Assembly: GCF_000485595.1 (NCBI RefSeq)
Contig: NW_014577064.1
Span: 1,124,223-1,144,644 of the forward strand
Length of the DNA stretch: 20,422 nt
Reading direction: 5' to 3'
Origin: Priapulus caudatus
Taxonomy: Eukaryota
In this document: positions 1-9,800 of the stretch, piece by piece
Position numbering within the stretch: position 1 is the first letter of the stretch
Layout: the number at the start of each line of letters is the position of its first letter
Position numbers and translations under genes: made by a program
The notes under the pieces: generated by a model
What the model was told of the DNA's origin: nothing
What the model saw: only the letters and a program-made list of their open reading frames with translations
Database searches by the model: none

Positions 1-1
1 G

Positions 2-2449
2 GACGAGGCGAACAAGGCGTTCTCGGCCGCCGTGCAGATGCACGACACGCTCGTGCGCGCATGGGCGCTCTGGGGCGACTACCTCGAGCAGATCTTCGTA
101 AAGGAGCGCGCGACGCACCTCGGCGTCTCCGCGATCACCTGCTTCCTGCACGCGTGCCGGCACCAGAACGAGACAAAGTCGCGCAAGTACCTCGCGAAGG
201 TGCTCTGGCTGCTGACGTACGACGACGAGCGATCGTCGCTCGCCGAGGCCGTCGACAAGTACTGCGTCGGCGTGCCGCCTGTCCAGTGGTTGCCGTGGAT
301 ACCGCAGCTGCTCACCTGCCTCGTGCGCAACGAGGGCCGGCTCGTGCTGAACCTGCTCAGCCAGGTCGGCCGCATGTACCCGCAGGCCGTCTACTTCCCG
401 ATACGCACGCTCTACCTGACGCTCAAGATCGAGCAGCGCGAGCGATACAAGAGCGGCGGTGGCGAGCCGGCCGGCGGCGGCGACAGCAAGGGCACGGTGA
501 CCCCGACGAGTCTCTCGGCACCCGTCACGCCGCTCGGCCCAGGAATGCCTCCTGCGATCGCCACGGCGACGGCGACGACGACACCGGTTGCCACGACGAT
601 CGACGCGCTCTCGTCGACGCCGGCCGGCGCGTTGGAGCTCGGGCAGGGGGCGCTGTCGACGCCGCAGGGTGACGGGCCGCTGCGGAACGCTGGGCTGGAG
701 CACCAGCTCGGGCAGCCGCCGCTGTCGGCGCCGCAGGGCGAGGGTCCGATCCGCGCGACGGCACCGATGTGGCGATGCAGCCGCATCATGCACACCCAGC
801 GCGACCAGCATCCGACGATCCTGTCCTCGCTCGAGGGCATCGTCGACCAGATGGTCTGGTTCCGTGAGAACTGGTACGAGGAGGTGCTGCGGCAGCTCCG
901 GCAGGGCCTCGCCAAGTGCTACGCGATCGCGTTCGAAAACCGCGGCGCGGTCAGCGAGGTAGCGATCACGCCGCACACGCTGAACTTCATCAAGAAGCTC
1001 GTTAGCACGTTCGGCGTCGGCTTCGAGAACGTGTCGAGCGTCGCGAACACGTTCTCGAGCGCGGCGTCCGAATCTCTCGCACGCCGCGCGCAGGCCACCG
1101 CACAGGACCCCGTCTTCCAGAAGATGAAGAGCCAGTTCACGGGCGACTTTGACTTTGCGATGCCTGGAGCGATGAAGCTGCACAACCTGATCAGCAAGCT
1201 GAAGAAGTGGATCAAGATCCTCGAGGCGAAAACGCGCCTGCTGCCGAAGTCGTTCCTCATCGAGGAGAAGTGTCGCTTCCTGAGCAATTTCTCCCAGAGC
1301 ACCGCTGAAGTGGAGCTGCCCGGAGAGTTCCTGCTGCCGAAGCACAGCCACTATTACATCCGCATCGCGCGCTTCATGCCACGCGTCGAGATCGTTCAGA
1401 AGCACAGCAGCGCCGCGCGCCGCCTCTACGTGCGCGGCCACAACGGCAAGGTGTACCCGTACCTGATCGTCAACGACGCCTACCTGTCGGATTCGCGGGG
1501 CGAGGAGCGCGTGCTGCAGCTCATGCGCATGCTCAACACGTTCCTCAACAAGCAGAAGGAGACGAGTCGACGCCTGCTTAACTTCACCGTGCCGCGCGCT
1601 GTCGCCGTCTCGCCACAGATGCGCCTCGTCGAGGATAACCCGTCGTCGGTGTCCCTCAGCGAGATTTACCGGCTGTGCTGCGCGCGCCACGGCACCGACC
1701 ACGATCTCCCCATCGCGCGCTACTACGAGCGCCTCGCAGCTGTGCAAGCACGCGGCTCGCAGGCCAGCCACCAGGTGCTGCGTGACATACTGCGCGAGGT
1801 GCAGACGAACGTGGTGCCGCGCGGCATGCTGCGCGAGTGGACGTGCCACGCGTTTCCAAACGCCACCGACTACTGGACGTTCCGCAAGTTCTTCACCGCA
1901 CAGCTGGCGTTGCTCGGCTTTGCCGAGTTCGTACTGCACCTCTCGCGTCTGAACCCGGACATGCTCTACGTGCACCAGGACTCTGGCTTCCTCAACGTCG
2001 CCTACTTCCGGTTTGACGTCGACGACGTCAGCGGCGACCTCGATGCGAACCGGCCCGTGCCGTTCCGGCTGACGCCAAACGTCACCGAGTTTCTGACGCC
2101 GACGGGCGTCGCGGGCCCGCTGACGGCGGCGATGGTTGCAAGCGCGCGCTGTCTCGTGCAGCCGCAGTACAAGCTCGCGTCGTTCCTGCGCGCGATTCTA
2201 CGCGACGAGATGATCGCCTGGCACAAGAAGAAGCAGGAGGACACGCAGCCGCCGGGCAGCCAGCCGCAGGACATGGAAGGCGAGCTGCTGATTACGATGG
2301 TGAACAAAGCGGTCGGCGCAATCAACACGCGGTTGCAGAATCTCGCAGCTTTCGAGGGTGCCGAGAGTCGCGTGAGCACTCTGGTGGCAGCTGCAAACAG
2401 CCACGATAACCTGTGCCGCATGGACCCGGCCTGGCATCCATGGCTGTAG
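2..2449 (+). CDS. TRRAP: Transformation/transcription domain-associated protein (PIKK pseudokinase; SAGA/TIP60 scaffold), C-terminal ~815 aa, 5'-truncated by the window edge
   Basis: Frame is open from base 2 (DEANKAFSAAVQMHD...). Motifs recalled from animal TRRAP: WLPWIPQLL, YPQAVYFPIRTLYLTLK, PIRATAPMWRCS, RGHNGKVYPY, VPFRLTPN and the FATC end LCRMDPAWHPWL-stop. Kinase catalytic motifs are degenerate (HLSRLNPD instead of DRHxxN, no DFG), as expected for TRRAP. The GTG at 32 is not a true start. Confidence 0.97.
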   Translation, partial: DEANKAFSAAVQMHDTLVRAWALWGDYLEQIFVKERATHLGVSAITCFLHACRHQNETKSRKYLAKVLWLLTYDDERSSLAEAVDKYCVGVPPVQWLPWIPQLLTCLVRNEGRLVLNLLSQVGRMYPQAVYFPIRTLYLTLKIEQRERYKSGGGEPAGGGDSKGTVTPTSLSAPVTPLGPGMPPAIATATATTTPVATTIDALSSTPAGALELGQGALSTPQGDGPLRNAGLEHQLGQPPLSAPQGEGPIRATAPMWRCSRIMHTQRDQHPTILSSLEGIVDQMVWFRENWYEEVLRQLRQGLAKCYAIAFENRGAVSEVAITPHTLNFIKKLVSTFGVGFENVSSVANTFSSAASESLARRAQATAQDPVFQKMKSQFTGDFDFAMPGAMKLHNLISKLKKWIKILEAKTRLLPKSFLIEEKCRFLSNFSQSTAEVELPGEFLLPKHSHYYIRIARFMPRVEIVQKHSSAARRLYVRGHNGKVYPYLIVNDAYLSDSRGEERVLQLMRMLNTFLNKQKETSRRLLNFTVPRAVAVSPQMRLVEDNPSSVSLSEIYRLCCARHGTDHDLPIARYYERLAAVQARGSQASHQVLRDILREVQTNVVPRGMLREWTCHAFPNATDYWTFRKFFTAQLALLGFAEFVLHLSRLNPDMLYVHQDSGFLNVAYFRFDVDDVSGDLDANRPVPFRLTPNVTEFLTPTGVAGPLTAAMVASARCLVQPQYKLASFLRAILRDEMIAWHKKKQEDTQPPGSQPQDMEGELLITMVNKAVGAINTRLQNLAAFEGAESRVSTLVAAANSHDNLCRMDPAWHPWL

Positions 2450-3159
2450 AAACACAGCCACCCTCCACCCCACCCACACACATACATGACACCCGTGACC
2501 CCCCAGACATGGCAACAAATGCTGTGACTGCAGATGGTAGGCTGTAGATAGTGAAACCTAGCTGCGGACAGACCAGTAGATTGCAGATATCGTAAACTGT
2601 CAAATTATGTATGATTAGGGTTCTCCCTATTCATTTCAAAAGGCATATAGTTTTTTAGTTGGGGAAAGGAGGCAGTTGTATCCACACTCTGACACATCCT
2701 GACTCAATTACACCTGTCACTAAGCAGTCCCAATACACAGGTACACCGATGTGAACACACACCTATGAAAACACAGCATGGCTGTGTTTGGATTGTCAAA
2801 GGTAAACACAGCTTGTAATTAAACATGTCGATTAGGCAAGTAAGCTATGTCGGAGGATTGATGGGCTGTCGCAAATTAGCTTCAGCTTTGAAAGCTTCGG
2901 CTGCATCGTTAAATCAGGAAGACATAGCTGCAGACACTAAAACGTGGTTGTACACAAGGTTGACATTACTATGTGGAATTTGTGATATGTACGATCAGAA
3001 GAAAAACTCGTGATGATCATCATCATAATCATATTGAAGATGATGATAGTGAGAAATGTGGAAAATTAACTCATATAGATATATTATGTAGAAAAGAGAG
3101 TGCAAGCAATGGCATGTATATTGGAAATTTGTTTGTAACAACATATATACGTTTATAAC

Positions 3160-3165
3160 AATAAA
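3160..3165 (+). promoter_or_regulatory. Candidate polyadenylation signal of TRRAP
   Basis: First AATAAA I found downstream of the TRRAP stop; another occurs at 3984-3989. Confidence 0.35.
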
Positions 3166-4351
3166 AATCTTGAAATGATTATTAGTGATCCGGTTCAGCA
3201 GAGAAAGTGTAGCGAATGCTAGTATAATAATTGTTCATTTATAATATCTTGTTGCCCAAACATCTTGGTCAACTATGTATTTAAAAGTAACAATAATGCA
3301 AGTTTTTGTAACGACATGATAAAAACATTTATCTAGGTAAACATTAGTTGCCACGTTTATTAAGATTATAATGGTCTCCTGGACATGGTATAATGCACTT
3401 TTGGAACAGTATTTGGAATGCATAAATGTAGCACATATATGTATATTTTCAGTGCATGGATGGTATACACTTGGAATTTAATCACAGGAAACTATAATCG
3501 AGTCTGCAATGTTATTTTGTATGTATTGGATATGGTAAACTGTTCTTAGTATTATTAGGGGGTAGATAATAGGGAAAATTTCCCCCCAATATCTACTCCT
3601 GGTATTGTGCATAAATGTGTACAAACTAGGTCTCTGTTAGTGTTTTATGTTATATCAGGAGTAAAAAATATTTTGTTTCACTTCTAATTATATACATGTC
3701 TCTGCTTTCTTCAAGCTCATATAGAGGATCTTGAAATGTCAGTGCGAGCAACATGGCTTATAGACACTAGATATTGTACATTTTGGGCATATCGCCACAA
3801 GTGTGAGAAAGGTATATACTTCTTGTAATTGTTCTGAATAATTGTTTATGGGTTCTCATTAGTCAGGTTCATTTTCAAGCATTTATTGTTGTGGTCAATA
3901 TTCTGGCCCCTTTCTTTTCAGTGAGTTATTTTGTTTTGTCTAATTGCTTGCCTTCCTATTAGTTAAGGCATGCTTATGTATAGAATAAATATTTTAGTAG
4001 TTTCGATGTCAGTAAATGATAAATTATAAACGGTAAATAATAAATTTCATACATAAATATTTTTTATAGCTGTTCACCATGCAAAATATGTATGTTTGTA
4101 GTGCGTCTATCTTTGGATATATGTGTATTCATGCGTGGAAGACATACTGGCCAGGTAAAAAAATCTCCACGAAGTGTTATTACCTATTTACAAAATTACA
4201 TTGATAAAGCTTCTGGCTCATGTACAAACAAAATGGTAGTCATTTATATATATTGAGACTCCACTACAATTTCGACTTATCATTCTGCTAATATTGCTAT
4301 GTTATTCCATTATTTATATTAATTCCATTAAAGTTTCCATTGCACTTATTC

Positions 4352-4580
4352 GGGTGATACTCCATTAGGATTCTACATATAGTGTTCCCAACTTTAATGT
4401 CATTAATGGTCATAATAACATTGTCATATATACATATATATATATATATATATGGTCATGGTCATATATTAGTTTGTGGTTTAATGTCATTTAGGTTAGG
4501 GTTAGGGTTAGGGTTAGGATTATCAATCATTAATCATTAATGATATCAAAGTTGGGAACACTCCTAATGGAGCGTTAGCC
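4352..4580. mobile_element. MITE (~229 bp) with degenerate TIRs, 8-bp TSD, internal (TA)n and (TTAGGG)n
   Basis: Left gggtgatactccattagga...gtgttcccaactttaatgtcattaa pairs with right ttaatgatatcaaagttgggaacactcctaatggagcgttagcc. Flanks are acttattc (4344-4351) and agttattc (4581-4588), 7/8 identical. Confidence 0.7.
4491..4518 (+). repeat. Interstitial telomere-type repeat, about 4-5 TTAGG(G) units
   Basis: ttagg ttaggg ttaggg ttaggg ttagg read directly. Confidence 0.9.
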
Positions 4581-4870
4581 AGTTATTCCATTAAAAACAA
4601 TATACATCATGTATACAATTCAGTGATCTTTTAATAACAAGAGCCAGTATTTCTTTTATTACCCATGAATACATAATACATATCATATTCAAGCACATTT
4701 TGGATGACCTTGTGACAAATAATATCTTTACTCCTCTCAACCATGGCTTCGTATCTGACCACTCGCCGGTTTCCCAGCTCCTCACAACTAGACACCACCT
4801 TATATGGTATCACAAGCAGGAGCAGGCAAATGTCATCATACTTGACTTTTCAAATGCATGTGACACTGAC

Positions 4871-5097
4871 GCTCATAGGGTCTATGTCACCCAGGGTACT
4901 GCCGGAACGTACCCTGATCACTATTTGATATGGATAGGGTTAGGGAGTAGGCGTAGGCGACTCCCTAGACTCGTTAGTGGAGTAGGCGAGGTACGGTCCG
5001 GCATATTAGATAGTACCAGGGTACTTTCCGGTATACCGGACCGTACCCAGGGTACGTTCTGGCAGTACCTACCCTGGGGGACATAGACCCTCTCAGC
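4871..5097. mobile_element. MITE copy A (227 bp), perfect 9-bp TSD, Mutator-like by TSD length
   Basis: Ends gctcatagggtctatgtcacccagggtactg... and ...ccctgggggacatagaccctctcagc. TSD gacactgac at 4862-4870 and 5098-5106. Confidence 0.88.
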
Positions 5098-5243
5098 GAC
5101 ACTGACCCCTAGATGATATTATTGATGTACATGTTGTGTACATGTACACTACAGGCTACTGCACAAACTTTCATGTTATAGGATCACTGGCCCTCTACAC
5201 AATGGCTACAGACATTCCTCATCACTAGACAGATGTCAGTAAG

Positions 5244-5499
5244 GCTGAGAGGGTCTATGTCCCCCAGGGTACTGCCGGAATTAACGTACCCTGGGTACGG
5301 TCCGGTATACCGGAACGTACCCTGGTACTATCTAATATGCCGGACCGTACCTCGCCTACTCCCTACGAGTCTAGGGAGTCGCCTACGCCTACTCCCTAAC
5401 CCTTACCATATCAGATAGTTACCAGGGTACGTTCCGGTATACCGGACCGGACCCAGGGTACGTTCCAGCAGTACCCTGGGGGACATAGACCCTCTCAGC
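5244..5499. mobile_element. MITE copy B (256 bp), same family as copy A in opposite orientation, ~80-bp TIRs
   Basis: TIR gctgagagggtctatgtcccccagggtactg at both ends; the core is the reverse complement of the copy A core. Flanks gtcagtaag (5235-5243) and gtcagtgat (5500-5508), 7/9 identical. Confidence 0.88.
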
Positions 5500-6795
5500 G
5501 TCAGTGATGGGGAGCATGCTGTACCTGCATCATTTGTGGTATCACAGGCCACTGTATTGGGACCCTTACTACATTTACTCGACCACTTCGTAGAAGGATG
5601 GGAATGTGGTGACCCTGTGAAGCTAGGTTGGAAAGATTTACATAGGCTAGAGTCTTTCTCATCATATAATATTTGTGATATTACGTATTACCTGAAATGT
5701 AAACTATTTGCTTACTAAGAGCAACTCGATTTAGTTCATTTACCATTATTCATCTTGACGCCAGTCACATTAGTTGCTGTGAAATCTGATATACTCGCGT
5801 GAAGACAGGCTTTACTTTTACACTCGCTTAACAGGTCCAATTTCATGTTCCAACTTGCTTATTAGCTATCTCAATTCTAATGCCAAAAAAGATGTCTCTA
5901 ACCTGCAAACAACTTGCCATAAACGGCAACATTAATACTAGCAATTTTTTAACAAAGGTAGTAAATAAAAATATCTTACATGTGTTATAAGAGCAACATT
6001 GTATTATATTAAAGAAAGCATAGACCAAAGATTACACTTCTGCTGACATGGCCAAAATATAGAATGTAAGACAAGAATCGTAGTCCCAATCAAACAAGCC
6101 TTCGTGAATCGATAACATGCAGTGTCTGAGAGAGTTACTCGTGGCACTTGCGATTCTTGCGTTCACACACAATAGTGCCCAAGCTGTCTTCAAAAGACTG
6201 TCACATTTTTATGAGCAAATCTACAAAAAATGTTATTTAGGTTCAAATGTAACACCAAACATCACAAAGTATTATTCCTGAACCCTCACTGGATAACGTT
6301 GCGTTTAGAGGAGTTTAAAATCTTAAACTTGCACCAAAATTGCTCATTTAGCAAAATGTATAGAGTCGCGACTGTTTGATCACATCAAATGATACAGTCA
6401 AACAGATATAATACCACAACTTAACGAAGATTGAACAAAATCATGTAATTCATAATCATTACTTTCATAGTGTATAATTTGTGAAAAAATACTAGTATCA
6501 TAAAAGTTGAGATAGTCACTTTAAAATAACCTAAACAGTGCAAACTTGTACCGAATAATTTCAGACTGCAGTGTACAAGTTGGTCTGTACGCATGCAACT
6601 TCGAAGGCTTTCACTTCACTTACAATACTATTTCTCAATCATAAAAACATGACTATAACATTGACAAGAAATAATGTGTATGACAGTAAGCAGACAATAC
6701 GTATTTACCGATTTCTGCTACATTACAAAAGAAACTTCTGGAACGTCAAGGTAGATGCGATCGAGGCAATGGTGCTGCCACCTATTGCTTAAAAA

Positions 6796-6847
6796 TCATG
6801 AAAACTTTGCCTTAGAGAAGTCCATCTCAGGATGTTGCTGCATAAAC
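6796..6847 (-). CDS. NUDC: NudC exon 9 (last coding exon)
   Basis: cag|G+[19 protein letters not shown]. Confidence 0.94.
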
Positions 6848-9800
6848 CTGAAAGCAGATAAACACAATAATTTAAATATAATAAATTTATGTAAAATATA
6901 AAAATTGTAATAATACTGCTCCCTGCCACCCCAACTACTTACATACATTACATCATCTCTGAGTTTCCTTATTACATACTTCATCAAAGGTCTGCACCCA
7001 CCAATTCATAATTCTTATACAAGCATCCACACATTGTCTGCTCTCTCCTTGCAACGCCAACCATACCCCACCTACTTTAACCTGCTGCTAACCCTATATG
7101 GCCACAGACCTAGACCACATTATGTGCCGCATCTGCTACCTAACCCCGCTCCCCTCCTATATTCCTCTTCGCACGCATACTGTTGCTACGACGATGTGCC
7201 AACTACATACTTTTGCATGATGTCCTGCTTTTTCTTCTCCTCGGAATTAGGAAGACCGAGTTCTTTCTGCCGCTGGTCGTACATCATCTTCTCCACCATG
7301 CTACGCGTCTCACCATCCAGGTCCGACAACTGCACGCAAACACCACAAATACACAAACTCATGTACCAACTACAGGACCGATGCAGTAACGGATGAATAA
7401 ATGAATGAACGAATAAATTCACTTACCAACTACACAATTGGGGCATTTTAGTATAAACAAATTAATCTACCAATTGTATTACAAAAGAATCAGGGGTTAC
7501 AAAAATCTTCTTTTTTTACCCATATGGCAGGTGTATTCAAGAATAAACAAACAACTAGTTAAAATTCGAAAAAACAAACATTTAAAAAAACTATTAGCAG
7601 CTAAAAACAACTGTAACAGTTATAAGAAACCTCTTTGTGACAGTGGCACATCCTCACCTTAGAGTTTTCCGGCTGCACCTTCTTTGTGTTTAATTCAGGG
7701 TCAGTTGTCACCAGTCGATTCCACCACTCCATCTTGTTTATCTGGTAACCATAAAAAAGATTATTTGGATTATACAGTGAAACCCCAATTTTACGCGCCC
7801 CAAATTAATGTGAATTCTTATATAACGCGATGAGTCATTGGACCTTTTTTTGCTGTTTCCGGAACAAAATTTTTTTTGGTGAGTTAAGCCCGCCTTAGGT
7901 CGAAGCGACGATCGCCTATAGATCGCGCAACTAAATAAGTTTACATGAATTGTTGCTGTGTGCATGTTGTGTACATGACTGTATGTGTTGTTTCTTCATG
8001 CTGATTTTCTTGAACCCCGATTGAACGCGACCCCACTTTTTTCGTGATGACATTTCATGGACCTCAACGATCGCGTTATAACGGGGCCACACTGTACTAC
8101 CATGTCAATAATACCTTCTCCATATTGACCACAACAGCTTTCTTGTCCTCTATGTTCCACATGCATTCTTCCACCCTAAGATTGTTGTACAGCTCTCCAT
8201 CAATGACGGGAGGATGACCTTTAAGCATAACCTTAAGATGTCGCTTTTGAATATCAATGACCAGGTCTTTTGCTCGAATGGGAAAGTTGACGTTGAAGGG
8301 TACTTTAAGCTGGGAATAGATGCATATGAGTACACATTAGAGAAAGCAATACACAGAAGAATGCAAAATTTTCATGACAGTGTATCTGTCAACACACAAC
8401 ACTTATTATTGTTAGGGGTAGAATGATTCATCGATATATCGATGTCTCTTGATACAAACCTTGACAATACAAGCATATATATGTTTGACAATTTACAAAA
8501 TATCATCAAATTAGTAGTTAGAGGGTCAGGTAGTGACCCGAGTTTGCTAGGGGGGTCCGGCATGCCCCCCCGGAATTTTTTTTTTATTCTGAGATGCAAT
8601 TTCCTGCATTCTGAGGGTCAAAAATGACAATAAATCGACAAAAAATGACAAAAATTTTTTTTCCCCCTAATCACATTGAAATTCGTAGTTTTATACAAAC
8701 TGGTCGTAGTGGTGCAAAAGGAATAGAAATTCGTATAAAATACGGATAAATCGTAGTGGTTGGCATCTCTGCAAGAGTGTTGCCCACCTCGAGGTCACAC
8801 AGCGTCTGAGTCCACTTGTAGTTGGGCAGATCAGCTCCATTTCCTGAGTTTGGCTTCATCTTGCCGCGGTCCTTCTCGTCTTCCTCCTCATCCTAGAAGA
8901 TTACGAAGATGACTTCACATCAGGTGCTATCAGCAGGGCAGTTAATAGCAGTGCAACGACATATAGATAAATCATTAACTAATTAATACATTAATTATCA
9001 TAAATAGCATGAGCAGGGTAGTAATAACACTACTAGTATAAAGGTAGATGCACAATAAATCCATATAGAACTTTAATTACATCAGCACATATATACTAAT
9101 GTACACTACAGATAGAACAAAGTGATTAAAAGTTGTATCCTCTTTGCACAAAGTACAACAACATACATACACTGTCTGCAGACTTTGCCTCCTCTGGCTT
9201 CTCCTCACTGACACTGATTCTGTCACCAGCACCTTCTGCTGGCATCTCCCCATCTGCTTTTTTCTTTTCGACGTCGATCTCCTTCTGTAGTTGCATCGCC
9301 TCCTCCTCTGTCAACTCCTTGATTTTTGGCTCTTCCTCTTGTTGTTGCTGCTGCTGTTGTTTCTTTAAGCCAAAGAACAAACAGAAAGATTCACATAATG
9401 ACACGAATGTTAATAGTCTCTGAAGAAAGCATCTTTGTTTTAAACCAGGCTGACATCTATTATTACTACTTAACATGGTAACCCAACTAATATCATATCC
9501 AAGCAGTAATGTAGTAACCATATGTGTACCTATGTAGAAAAGTAGTAACCACACTTGTACCAGTAGTAATGTACCTTCTTTGCAAGTGCTTCTTCCCTTG
9601 CCTTAAGTTTTGCTGCCTTCTCCTGTTGCTCCTGCACTCTCCTTTCCAGTGCTAGCTTCTCATGGCGTCTGAACTTTTCCAAGAGTAACTGTTAGGAAAA
9701 ACCCAACGAGAAACAAGAATCCTTAGAGACTCCCACCACCATAATGATGCTCGCAAATACATTTATCAACTGATATGAATTTTTTTTATTGCAAAGCAAG

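Larger units (their letters stand above)
4679..5586 (+). pseudogene. Decayed non-LTR retrotransposon (CR1/L2-like) reverse transcriptase fragment, interrupted by insertions
   Basis: Three collinear pieces: HIIFKHILDDLVTNNIFTPLNHGF...SQLL...VIILDFSNACDT (4679-4870; cf. QHGFR...ILDFSKAFDTVPH), RLLHKLSCYRITGPLH/WLQTFLITRQMSV (5153-5241, 1-nt frameshift) and DGE...VSQATVLGPLLHL (5506-5580; cf. SGVPQGTVLGPLLFL). Confidence 0.85.

Noticed and set aside
61..2603. Long alternative-frame and antisense ORFs over TRRAP
   Set aside because: Expected by-product of GC-rich, stop-poor coding sequence; no recognisable motifs.
3557..3600. Small imperfect hairpin downstream of TRRAP
   Set aside because: Short and imperfect; could be chance or an unclassifiable element remnant.
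4491..4518. True telomere or chromosome fusion scar
   Set aside because: Only 4-5 units, in one orientation, inside a TIR/TSD-bounded element.
4700..5086. 128-aa ORF as a functional gene
   Set aside because: Chimera of decayed LINE RT and MITE sequence; conserved RT residues are mutated.
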